Shown: positions 1 through 9,059 of the stretch, one piece after another | How positions within the stretch are numbered: the stretch's first letter is position 1 | Layout of the letters: the number at the start of each line of letters is the position of its first letter | NCBI GenBank assembly: GCA_016186395.1 | Contig: JACPLU010000003.1 | Location: forward strand, 148,022 to 212,021 | DNA length: 64,000 nt | Source of the DNA: Parcubacteria group bacterium | GTDB taxonomy: Bacteria; Patescibacteriota; Minisyncoccia; 2-02-FULL-40-12 | Reading direction: 5' to 3' | Position numbers and translations under genes: made by a program | The notes under the pieces: model-generated | Told to the model about the DNA's origin: nothing | Database searches by the model: none | The model's input: the letters and a program-made list of their open reading frames with translations, nothing else

Positions 1-82
1 AATCTAGTTGTTGATATTGAAATTCCACGGGTACAATCTACATCAAATACATGTTTTTGTTAAGTGTTTTTATCTGAGCTTA

Positions 83-278
83 GTGAATAATACTCTTTCT
101 CTTTCTTCGCAAACCCCAGCGTGGTTTACTCAGGGGTTGAGCCCTTCGCTCTTTCTCTGTCTGGACTAGTAAATCCAGACAGAGAAAACCATGCCCGTCC
201 CGATTTCTGCTCCGCAGAATCGAGGATCCTCGATAGCATCGGGACTACGGGCTCAAAACCCGTTCAAGAGTATTATTC
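83..278 (+). mobile_element. MITE-like element copy 1. It has 16-bp TIRs (GGTGAATAATACTCTT / AAGAGTATTATTCACC family) and two central hairpins.
   Basis: The conserved left arm (TCTCTTTCTTCGCAAACCCCAGCGTGGTTTACTCAGGGGTTGAGCCCTTCGCTC) and right arm (GGGCTCAAAACCCGTTCAAGAGTATTATTC) match those of four other copies in the window. The central hairpin is ctctgtctgga...tccagacagag. Confidence 0.75.
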
Positions 279-287
279 CGTTAAGAG

Positions 288-1367
288 TCATTTAAACCAC
301 TTCCTTATTTCTTCGGGTTTAATTTTTGCTCTTTTCATAATTTCCTTTCTTTTTTGAAGCATTTCAGGAATCAATTTTAGAAGTTTGGGTATTTCTAATA
401 ACACTTGGGGTTCAAAAAGAATTGTGTACCCAAGGATTAAAATTTCTCTTTTTAAAACATACGGAAGGTCTTTCAGAATATTTATAAAAAAATCGTTTTT
501 CATAATAGTTAATCTCATGTTACGCCAATCAAGACGGCGTTTGTGGATAGGAATTTGTTTTCGTATCTTTAATCTTTTAAAATAATCAATCCAATCTTTT
601 TTAATTCCTTTTGTAGTAGATCGGTCGTGCCACAACAAGGCTTTTGGTATCAGATATTGTTCCCAGCCAAAAATTCTCATACGCCAAACAAGGTCCAAGT
701 CATCTACATACCAGAAATAGTTCTCATCGGATAATTCACAAAAGGTCTGATTTTGAAAATTATATTTATAATCACAGAGTCTGCTTTGTTCTAGCGCTTT
801 ACGTCTGAATACTACGCAAGCTCCTTCTACCCCAAAAATTTCTTCTGGTTTGTCATATTGTCCGATATCTTTCTCTCCGTGCCCTTTATTGATTAAACGT
901 CTGGATTTATAGATTTGGAAACCGACCGTATCAATTAAATCGGTTTTTATCGCTTGCCCATTTTTATCTATATTCCATTGCATAATTTTTCCCTGAACTG
1001 CGCCAACTTTCTGATTTTTATCCATAGCCTCAATAGTTTCTTTTAGAAAATTTTTATCCAAAATTATGTCTACGCTTAGAAAAACTGCATATTCTGTGTT
1101 TGTTAACGAAAGAGACCTTGAAAATGCTGGCCAAGCGCCAAAGTTTTCCGGAGATTTATAAAGTCGGAATTTCGGATATTCGTTTTCAATGATAGCTTTA
1201 GTTTGATCATTTGAGTTGTTATCAAAAATTATAACCCCAAAATCTTTAAAGGTTTGAGCTTTTAAAGAGTCTAAACAATGGCGAATATATTTTTCGCCAT
1301 TACGAACAATAAGATGGATGGTTACTCTTGACATATTTGTTAAATAGATGATAACATAAAGCGGCAA
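288..1367 (-). CDS. Glycosyltransferase family 2
   Basis: The N-terminus has a GT-A fold signature: IVRNGEKYIRHCLDSLKAQTFKDFGVIIFDNNSNDQT, with a DxD-like motif. Confidence 0.8.
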   Translation of the reverse strand: MPLYVIIYLTNMSRVTIHLIVRNGEKYIRHCLDSLKAQTFKDFGVIIFDNNSNDQTKAIIENEYPKFRLYKSPENFGAWPAFSRSLSLTNTEYAVFLSVDIILDKNFLKETIEAMDKNQKVGAVQGKIMQWNIDKNGQAIKTDLIDTVGFQIYKSRRLINKGHGEKDIGQYDKPEEIFGVEGACVVFRRKALEQSRLCDYKYNFQNQTFCELSDENYFWYVDDLDLVWRMRIFGWEQYLIPKALLWHDRSTTKGIKKDWIDYFKRLKIRKQIPIHKRRLDWRNMRLTIMKNDFFINILKDLPYVLKREILILGYTILFEPQVLLEIPKLLKLIPEMLQKRKEIMKRAKIKPEEIRKWFK

Positions 1368-1394
1368 ATTAACAAATTTTTAGGAGAGGACTTT

Positions 1395-1625
1395 ATGCCA
1401 TCAGCAGACGATTTTCAACCCTACGTAGAATCTCCAAAATTAATAAAAATAAATGATATAGCCGATGTGAAACTAAAGTATATTCCGGTACCAGTTAGGG
1501 CAAAAGTGATTGGTTTTTATGAAGGAGAACCTATTTTTGAAAGAGTTGATTCAAGTGGCAAGCACGTTCCCTACCCCCGAATTCATCAGGACGCTTATGA
1601 CTATTATCTAAAAGTAGAGGCTTGA
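1395..1625 (+). CDS. Hypothetical small protein (76 aa)
   Basis: ORF only. It is tightly linked to the next small ORF through a stop/start overlap (TGAAATG). Confidence 0.3.
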   Translation: MPSADDFQPYVESPKLIKINDIADVKLKYIPVPVRAKVIGFYEGEPIFERVDSSGKHVPYPRIHQDAYDYYLKVEA

Positions 1626-1626
1626 A

Positions 1627-1935
1627 ATGGCCACAAAGAAAATAACTGATGCAGAATTTGACGAGAATGTGATAAGGATTGTCTCACTTTACGAGATCAA
1701 GATTTTTATGTCAGATCGGTTTCCCCACGTGCTGATATTGCATGGCTTATTATTTACAGATCAGGAATTGCTAGCGTCGCTGGATAGATTATTAGCTAAA
1801 GTTTTTATTCAAAAACCGTTAAAACCGATAGATATTGATATGTTTCGTAATTCACCAATACCCGTTATTTTTAACGATGAAAAAGTAAAGGATTTTCTTT
1901 TAGATTCTGAATTCGTGACTGCCGAAAGAGATTAA
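1627..1935 (+). CDS. Hypothetical small protein (102 aa)
   Basis: ORF only, translationally coupled to the upstream ORF. Confidence 0.3.
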   Translation: MATKKITDAEFDENVIRIVSLYEIKIFMSDRFPHVLILHGLLFTDQELLASLDRLLAKVFIQKPLKPIDIDMFRNSPIPVIFNDEKVKDFLLDSEFVTAERD

Positions 1936-1948
1936 AAGGAGGAGAAAA

Positions 1949-3523
1949 TTAGTTTACAGAGTCGGGATCAATCCCGCTCTTTTTGTTTAAAATCGCAAGG
2001 TTTAAAGTAACCATTGAGGTAAACATCAAGAAAGAGCGTTCATCAGTTAATGCGGCGTCAGTGAGACTGTAAAGTAAAACCCAAACGTAAGAAATTAAGA
2101 AATAAAAATGGGTACTCGTTTGTATAGAATTTTTTAGTTTCTGCGTCTGTTTTAAATAAGTATAGATTTTTCTAAATATTAACCAAAAAAGCCACATAAA
2201 AAGTAAACCGCCTATGATTCCAATTTCAGCTAAAAAATTTAAATAAAGGTTATGAGCTGAAGAACCAGCCTTAGCAAGTTCGATCTTTTGATTTAAAACA
2301 ACCGGAAAATTCCCTATTCCGACACCCAATAAGGGGTGTTTTTTAATTGATTCAAGTGTGGCTTTCCAGATTAAAATTCGACCGCTGTTTGAAAGTTCGG
2401 ACGCATCTAAAAGAGATTTAATTCTTGTGTTAATAAGATCAAGTCCGCCGTGAACCTTAAATTGGGCCGTTGAAAAAATAAAATAAGTTAAACCGAAAGC
2501 AATCAAAAAGATTATAATTAATTTCCCGCCTAATTTTGCGTATTCTTTATACCCTTTTACCCAATAGTAAATCGTTAAGAGGATTGGCCCCAAAAATGCA
2601 AGCCAAATGCCACGGGTACCGGTGAGGACTATAGCTAGTAGGAATACGAAACATAAAACTTGAAACATTAAACTTGAAACATGGGACACAGAATTTTTTA
2701 TGGTATTTTTTATGTAAAACAAACCCGGAAGGGTCATAATTAGAAACATTGGGAAGCTATGAGAATCTGGAAATGATGAAAACATTCTTAAAACTAGTTT
2801 CTCGCCAAAATACGCGAACCAAGTGTTTGCATTCAATGCCGTTTTTCCCCATTCAAAACCATATAAGTTAGTGTCTATTTTTAAAGCCCAAAACTTTAAA
2901 AAACTATCCGGATCCATAAAATAAGTCATACCTAACTGGATAAAACCGATCATAACTGCAATAGCCCCGGCTATTAAAGACACCTTTAAAATTTTTTCAT
3001 AAAACAACTTTCCCCTTTTTACTTCAAAGTAAATTACTGTGGGTATGATTAAAATATTAGCGAAGTAAATTATTCTTTTTATAGCTGCAAATTTGTCTGG
3101 AGCAACAAAAACAGAAAGTACACAAATGATAAATAGTAGAATTATTAGGGAAGAGATTTTGTGTTCTCTAAAGAATAAAACGGGTTTTTTAAAGACTAGA
3201 ACTAGTTGATTAAAGAAATTTAATATTATATATCTTTGGAAAAACCATTTTAAAAAGATTAAACCGGCTATAATACGCCATATATTAAAGTTGTCAAAGT
3301 TTGGGGTTATGGGTAAGGCGATAAATAACGGAATGGATTGAATAAAAAGGGTTATTAGGTTGCCAAAGTGGTGTTTAAAAATGAAAATAACCCAGAATAA
3401 AAGCAACAAAAAAGCCCAGTGGCGATCAAGTATGCCAAGGGCGACAAGGGGTACTATAATGAGTTCAATCAAAAAAATGGTCTTGGAACTAATATATCTA
3501 AGCATTTGATTTTCCACATGCAC
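1949..3523 (-). CDS. O-antigen ligase / polymerase-like polytopic membrane protein (Wzy_C-like)
   Basis: It has many transmembrane helices and a motif resembling the Wzy_C periplasmic loop (TGTRGIWLAFLGPILL). It sits inside a glycosyltransferase cluster. Confidence 0.55.
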   Translation of the reverse strand: MHVENQMLRYISSKTIFLIELIIVPLVALGILDRHWAFLLLLFWVIFIFKHHFGNLITLFIQSIPLFIALPITPNFDNFNIWRIIAGLIFLKWFFQRYIILNFFNQLVLVFKKPVLFFREHKISSLIILLFIICVLSVFVAPDKFAAIKRIIYFANILIIPTVIYFEVKRGKLFYEKILKVSLIAGAIAVMIGFIQLGMTYFMDPDSFLKFWALKIDTNLYGFEWGKTALNANTWFAYFGEKLVLRMFSSFPDSHSFPMFLIMTLPGLFYIKNTIKNSVSHVSSLMFQVLCFVFLLAIVLTGTRGIWLAFLGPILLTIYYWVKGYKEYAKLGGKLIIIFLIAFGLTYFIFSTAQFKVHGGLDLINTRIKSLLDASELSNSGRILIWKATLESIKKHPLLGVGIGNFPVVLNQKIELAKAGSSAHNLYLNFLAEIGIIGGLLFMWLFWLIFRKIYTYLKQTQKLKNSIQTSTHFYFLISYVWVLLYSLTDAALTDERSFLMFTSMVTLNLAILNKKSGIDPDSVN

Positions 3524-3638
3524 TAGACAGGTTTGGCCTATCTAGTGTGGGGTTTCGTTCTATGAAATTCTTTCTGGAAAAAGGTTACGGCTACCACATT
3601 AGGATATCTAATGCGGTACTTAATAAAGCCGTGGAGCT

Positions 3639-4001
3639 TCACATTGCTTGACTACATTTTTCGATTTCAAATATAATCTCAAATCTTTTTTGTGGGCCAA
3701 CTACAATTAGATAGTCTATATTTTCTTTAGTAGCCTCGACAATTTTTGTTTTTGAGGCTACATCATGTGGTAAGCATTCTTCTATTTTATCCAGCATTAT
3801 ATTAAGATATTTTTTAACGCGACGGGATCGTTTTAAGAATTTACTTTTTTCTTTTTCAATACACTCTCCGGTTTCTTGATTTTCTCCAGTGTAGAATATT
3901 CTAATTTCAATTAATTTACACTTTTTCTTTCGTTTAGGCCTTTCAGTGTTATCTTTCATTGGCCACCTTTGTAAAGTTCTATCTTGTGTTAAGCTTGGCA
4001 T
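3639..4001 (-). CDS. Hypothetical basic protein (120 aa)
   Basis: ORF only, with a lysine/arginine-rich N-terminus. Confidence 0.25.
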   Translation of the reverse strand: MPSLTQDRTLQRWPMKDNTERPKRKKKCKLIEIRIFYTGENQETGECIEKEKSKFLKRSRRVKKYLNIMLDKIEECLPHDVASKTKIVEATKENIDYLIVVGPQKRFEIIFEIEKCSQAM

Positions 4002-5215
4002 ATATTGTTGGCGGTCTCAAGTATCTTTTCAACATGGTTATGCCAATTAAATTTGGACAACATCATGTTGTTATTGTTGATAATATTTTTTTGTTTTTCG
4101 ATATCTTCTAACGCCGATTTTAATGCTTCGTATATTGAATCGGGATTATCCGGGTTTTTAACAAAGAAAGCTAAATTATCAAAAATCTCTTTTGATAATT
4201 CGTTTTCTGCCACTAGTATCGGTGTTCCGCAAGCAAGGGCTTCTAAGGGTGGCAGTCCTTGTGCTTCAGATGAGGAAATATAAAGCAGGATTTTTGCTTC
4301 TTGATAAAGCTGGATTAGTTCGTTGTCACTGACATCATCAATTTTTGTTATTGCATTATAACTAAGTTCTTGGTTTTTAACTTTAATTAAATTATCAAGA
4401 ATTGGAGGGCGATATTTATCTTTTCCAACGATAATAAGTTTTAATTTGTTGACCGAATTTTTAGAAAATATGCAAAAGGCTTCAATAATTTCTTTAGTCA
4501 TTCTTCTTGGAAAACATTGGCCTACGTTTAATATAAAATTGCCTTTTTTGGATCCTTGGGACGGTTTAAACTTTTGATTATCAACACCAAGAGGATTAAC
4601 AATAATTTTGTCGGCAGTCCTCGGAAATAATTTTGCAAGTTCCTTTTTAGAGTATTCGCTGTTGGTGGTTATTTTGGTAGCATGTCTCATGGCCCAAGTT
4701 GAAAGAACTTTATAGCCAATCTTATGTCTTAAAGCAAGATTGCCGTGTTTAATTTCAAAAAAAACATCGACGGGAAGATGAACTATTGATCTGCCAAAGT
4801 ATAAAATTGGCAACATATTAGCTGGAAAAAACATAACATCAACCTTATCGATTTTAGCCCTTAACGGTAAAAGAACGTTATAGTAAAGAGAAAATGAAGG
4901 TTTTATTAATTTTAAAACTCTTTTTTTAAAAACACTGTTTTTCAAAAAATTCTCTTCGGGTACACGATTTTTGAAGTATAAGAAAAATTCGTTTCCTTTT
5001 TGAAACTCAGAATTTTCCGCGACAGTCTTTAGGATATACTCAATTTGTCTTCCTATTCCCCATCGGGGAGTTTGTTCGAAGTCGTGGCAATCAATACCGA
5101 TTCTCATAAAGCTCTCCAAACAATGGTAGTAAATATGTTTTTCAGCACGCCAGATTTTTCCTGCGAAAATTTGGCTAAGTGCGATTATAAAATCTCTCGA
5201 CATACTCGAGACCAA
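3989..5215 (-). CDS. Glycosyltransferase family 1 (GT4-like)
   Basis: The C-terminal GT-B motif (EAQGLPPLEALACGTPIL) is typical of GT4 enzymes. Confidence 0.8.
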   Translation of the reverse strand: MVSSMSRDFIIALSQIFAGKIWRAEKHIYYHCLESFMRIGIDCHDFEQTPRWGIGRQIEYILKTVAENSEFQKGNEFFLYFKNRVPEENFLKNSVFKKRVLKLIKPSFSLYYNVLLPLRAKIDKVDVMFFPANMLPILYFGRSIVHLPVDVFFEIKHGNLALRHKIGYKVLSTWAMRHATKITTNSEYSKKELAKLFPRTADKIIVNPLGVDNQKFKPSQGSKKGNFILNVGQCFPRRMTKEIIEAFCIFSKNSVNKLKLIIVGKDKYRPPILDNLIKVKNQELSYNAITKIDDVSDNELIQLYQEAKILLYISSSEAQGLPPLEALACGTPILVAENELSKEIFDNLAFFVKNPDNPDSIYEALKSALEDIEKQKNIINNNNMMLSKFNWHNHVEKILETANNICQA

Positions 5216-5257
5216 GCATTTTATAATCGCAATTACTTCAAAACATATTTACTACCA

Positions 5258-6232
5258 TTATTCTATTTTCCCGAATCTATTTTTGTAAAAGTCAATCACC
5301 CCATTAAGTATAGCTAGCGATTCTTTTTTGTTTCTGCCAATTAAAATTTTCAAGGTTTGTTTAAAGATTACCCAAAGACTCCAGGGCCACAAAAGAATCT
5401 TTACCAATATTGGGCCATGTTTTTTATTAAAATAAAGGGCATTTCGGAAGTGATAACGTAAAAGTAGTGGAGAGCCAAGCTTTGAGGTAGAAGATGAAAC
5501 TTTATGCTTTATTTTAGCATCTTCAGCTACTTTGATTTTAAATCCTGCCTTTTGTGCATGTAAGCAAAAATCGGCGTCCTCAAAATATAAAAAATATTCA
5601 TTTGGTAACACTATTTTTTCAAAAACCTCTTTTTTGACTAGCATTGCGGCTCCGGGAATATAGAGATCTTGGGACTTGGATCTTGAGTCGTGAATCATGG
5701 ACTCAGGGTTTGTATTTTGTTCTCCGTGTTCCATATTCCACGTTCCATGTTTCAACTCTGATTTGAGCCATTGGATTCTTCCGCCTTCTACTATCCACCT
5801 ATCGTTATTTTGTGCGTATTCTTCTATAATAGGTCCGACTATGGCAACGTTATTTGATTCAATGGTATGAATTAGTCTTTCAATTGTATTTTTCTCAACC
5901 GCCGCATCATTATTTAGAACAAAAATGTAGTCAGCGTTATTTTCTAGAGCCTTAAGGATTCCAACATTATTTCCCCCGGCATAACCTAGGTTTTTTAGAT
6001 TTTGTATGAACTCTAACCTTGAACTATAGTGATTAGCTTGTTTTTGATAATTTTCAATAAATAACCTTAACTGTTTTGGGGACTCGTCTGTAGAGCCGTT
6101 ATCAATTACCATAATATCCAGATTAAAATTATCTGTTTTTGATTTTAATACCGATTCTATACAGTTAATCGTGTCTGGAAAGTCATTCCAGTTAAGAATA
6201 ATTACGGATGTTTTTTTGAGTAGATTTGGCAT
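5258..6232 (-). CDS. Glycosyltransferase family 2, carrying an in-frame CATG-element insertion
   Basis: The N-terminus (VIILNWNDFPDTINCIESVL ... DNGSTDES) is GT2-like. The low-complexity segment HGTWNMEHGEQNTNPESMIHDSR is encoded by a CATG-rich repeat. Confidence 0.8.
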   Translation of the reverse strand: MPNLLKKTSVIILNWNDFPDTINCIESVLKSKTDNFNLDIMVIDNGSTDESPKQLRLFIENYQKQANHYSSRLEFIQNLKNLGYAGGNNVGILKALENNADYIFVLNNDAAVEKNTIERLIHTIESNNVAIVGPIIEEYAQNNDRWIVEGGRIQWLKSELKHGTWNMEHGEQNTNPESMIHDSRSKSQDLYIPGAAMLVKKEVFEKIVLPNEYFLYFEDADFCLHAQKAGFKIKVAEDAKIKHKVSSSTSKLGSPLLLRYHFRNALYFNKKHGPILVKILLWPWSLWVIFKQTLKILIGRNKKESLAILNGVIDFYKNRFGKIE

Positions 6233-6234
6233 AT

Positions 6235-7389
6235 TTAAATTTTAGATTCGATAAAATCTAAAATTTGCTTTTTAAATCTTTCTTCTGAAAACTTTTCTGC
6301 ATGTTTTTTTAGCACAAGCGGGCTGTAGTAGCCTGTTTTTATTTTTTCATAGATTCTTCTGGCCCCATCCGCCAAAACTATTGGATTGGGATCATCAAAA
6401 AATTCACCGGTTACTCCTTCAATTATACTTTCTTTTGCTCCTCCACGGCGTAATGCTAATATCGGTTTACCATGACTCATAGATTCAACAGGCGTTATGC
6501 CAAAATCTTCTTCTTGGGGCATAACAAATGCGATTGAGTTTTGATACAAGGTTTGTAATTCTTGGTCATTTACAAAACCGGTAAAAAAGATATTTTTTGC
6601 ATCCAATCTTTTAGTCAAGCTTTTTAAAGAAGTTTTTTCTGGTCCCCGGCCAACAATAATCAACGGCCATTGAAGTTTGGCAAATGCTCGTATAGCAATA
6701 TCAATATTTTTATGTTTAAAAAGCTGGGAAACAATGAGAAAATAATCGGAAGAAACCCTTGAATCTTGAACCTTAAATCTTGGATCACTTTGGTCATGAT
6801 TCATGTTCCATGTTTCATGGTTTATGTTTACCGGAGGATAAATTACAGTGGTTTCTTGCCGGTAGTATTTCCTAATCCTTTGAGCGACATTTTTGGAGTT
6901 AGCTATAAAATAGTCAACCCTTGCGGAGGCAGCCTTATCCCAAATTCTAGCAAAGTGTTGGAACAAAGTTACGCCGACATATTTTAGTGGTCCTCTTTTT
7001 TTAAACTCTTGGTTGTATTCTGATGACCAATCCCAGAGCCAACGGGTTGGACTGTGGCAATAACAAATATGGCGCGTATGGGGTTTTAAAATAACTCCTT
7101 TGCTAAATGCGATGTTAGAAGAAATGACTAAATCATATGAATCAAATCTGAAAGCTTCGGCGGCCAAGGGCATTAAAAATGGTAAGTAAGGGTAGATTTT
7201 TAAAATAAATGGTATTTTTTGAAGAATTGAGGGAACTATTTTTGCATTAGGCAAATATTTTTTAGTGAATTCTTTCGAATAAACCAGGGTATATATGGGT
7301 GCTTCGGGGAAAATTTTATGTAAGGCAATGATAACGCGCTCGGCGCCGCCAAGATTTAAAAGCCAGTCATGTATTAGTGCTACTTTCAA
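6235..7389 (-). CDS. Glycosyltransferase family 1 (GT4-like), carrying an in-frame CATG-element insertion; apparent TTG start
   Basis: MKVALIHDWLLNLGGAERV is a GT4 N-terminus. The segment HETWNMNHDQSDPRFKVQDSR parallels the insert in the neighbouring GT2 gene. Confidence 0.8.
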   Translation of the reverse strand: MKVALIHDWLLNLGGAERVIIALHKIFPEAPIYTLVYSKEFTKKYLPNAKIVPSILQKIPFILKIYPYLPFLMPLAAEAFRFDSYDLVISSNIAFSKGVILKPHTRHICYCHSPTRWLWDWSSEYNQEFKKRGPLKYVGVTLFQHFARIWDKAASARVDYFIANSKNVAQRIRKYYRQETTVIYPPVNINHETWNMNHDQSDPRFKVQDSRVSSDYFLIVSQLFKHKNIDIAIRAFAKLQWPLIIVGRGPEKTSLKSLTKRLDAKNIFFTGFVNDQELQTLYQNSIAFVMPQEEDFGITPVESMSHGKPILALRRGGAKESIIEGVTGEFFDDPNPIVLADGARRIYEKIKTGYYSPLVLKKHAEKFSEERFKKQILDFIESKI

Positions 7390-7473
7390 AACTCAAAATT
7401 TAAAAGTTGGAAGTCAAAATTTTTATTTTTGACTTGAATTTTTGAATTTTACTTTTTGCCTTTTGATTTAATT

Positions 7474-8481
7474 CTATCGTCTGGTCATCACATTCCTTTT
7501 ATAGAGTTCTAAGTTATCCAAGACAGCACCGGTGCCTTTTGCAACACAAACTAGTGGGTCGTCAGCAATTCTTGCCGGAACTCCAGTAACTCGCGTTATA
7601 AGAATATCCATATTTTTAAGCATGCCACCCCCCCCAGAGATAACAATACCTCTTTCCATAACGTCTGCGCAAAGTTCTGGTGGAGTATCTTGAAGAACGT
7701 TTTTAATAGTTTGAATAATTTCTCTTAGTTGTTCCTGAATTGCTTCTATAATTTCATTTGTAGTAACATCTATGGTTTTAGGAAATCCAGTTGCTAAGTC
7801 TCTTCCTCTTACAGATACAGTTTCTTCATTGTTTTGTCTTACAGCCGAACCAATTGCTATTTTAATTCCCTCGGCGCTTCTTTCCCCTACGGCTAGATTG
7901 TGTTTTTTCTTCATATGTTCAGCTATGGCTTGGTCCATTTTGTTACCTCCTATTCTCACTGAAGAGGAAGTAACAATTCCTCCTAAGCTAATAATAGCAA
8001 CTTCTGTTGTTCCCCCACCAATATTTACAATCATATTTCCATAAGCGGAATTTATTGGGATTCCTGCTCCTATTGCAGCAAGGACAGGTTCTTTTACTAA
8101 ATAAACCGCCTTTGCCCCAGCACTGATTCCAGCTTCAATTACTGCCCTTCTTTCTGTAGAAGTTATTCCGGCTGGTACGGAAATCATAACTTCTGGTTTC
8201 CCGAATTTAATTTTTCCAACTGCCCGTTCAATAAAATATTTAAGCATTGCTTGAGTAATTCTATAGTCCGCAATGACCCCATCTTTAAGAGGTCTAGAAA
8301 CAACAATGCTTTCCGGAGCACGACCGATCATTTCTTTTGCTTGAGCTCCCACTGCCAGAATTTTATTATCTAATATTGATATCGCAACTACGGTCGGTTC
8401 GCGTACCACAATGCCTCGCTTTGGTACAAAAACGAGTGTATTTGTTGTTCCAAGGTCTATACCAACTTTTTTTATAAACAC
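7474..8481 (-). CDS. mreB: Rod shape-determining protein MreB (GTG start)
   Basis: The N-terminus (GIDLGTTNTLVFV) is the actin-fold phosphate-1 motif, and similarity to MreB runs the full length. Confidence 0.9.
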   Translation of the reverse strand: MFIKKVGIDLGTTNTLVFVPKRGIVVREPTVVAISILDNKILAVGAQAKEMIGRAPESIVVSRPLKDGVIADYRITQAMLKYFIERAVGKIKFGKPEVMISVPAGITSTERRAVIEAGISAGAKAVYLVKEPVLAAIGAGIPINSAYGNMIVNIGGGTTEVAIISLGGIVTSSSVRIGGNKMDQAIAEHMKKKHNLAVGERSAEGIKIAIGSAVRQNNEETVSVRGRDLATGFPKTIDVTTNEIIEAIQEQLREIIQTIKNVLQDTPPELCADVMERGIVISGGGGMLKNMDILITRVTGVPARIADDPLVCVAKGTGAVLDNLELYKRNVMTRR

Positions 8482-8849
8482 GTAGGAAAGTTAAAATTTA
8501 AAATGCAAAATTCAAAATTTAAAACTTGGAATTTACATAGTAAATTTTATCCGTACTTTTGCTTTTTACTTTTTGCCGCCTTTGGTCCAGCCTCGCCTCT
8601 CGCTTACGGCGGGGCTAGTCTTAGACGGCCGGCGGGAGTTTTAATTTATCAATCTAGCAGTTTATTATAAACCTCTCAAGTCCAGCACCACTTTTTTGAA
8701 AAAAGTGGTGCTGGGCAAGCCCCGCACCCCCGCCTGCCGGACGGGCAGGGAGTCCAGCACTGGTTTTCTGTACCCCCATACCTTTTGTTTTACAAAATGT
8801 GTGGGACTGTTCTGGATCTGGTGACGGGGACAAACAAACTAGTTTGGTA

Positions 8850-9003
8850 AAAATAATACTCTTGAACGGGTTTTGAGCCCGTAGCGGGCATGGTTTATCC
8901 CGCCCCAGTTTATTTAAATAAACTGGGGCGGGATAAGAGCGAAGGGCTCAACCTCTGAGCAAACCACGCTGGGGTTTGCGAAGGAAGAGAAAGAGTGTTA
9001 TTT
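8850..9003 (-). mobile_element. MITE-like element copy 2 (reverse orientation)
   Basis: It is the reverse complement of the conserved arms. Its central hairpin (cccgccccagtttatttaaataaactggggcggg) is nearly identical to that of copy 3. Confidence 0.75.
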
Positions 9004-9059
9004 ACCAAACCAACAGACTGATTCTAGCCAAAGACAAAGTTTTATGGTAGTATGAAAAA

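Noticed and set aside
7772-8044. Antisense or overlapping ORFs inside mreB, rpsI, rpsK, znuB, alaS and the giant RHS gene (for example 7772-8044, 10481-10744, 13515-13757, 54476-54934, 18897-21083)
   Set aside because: They are fully embedded in well-supported genes on the opposite strand or in another frame, with no independent signals.
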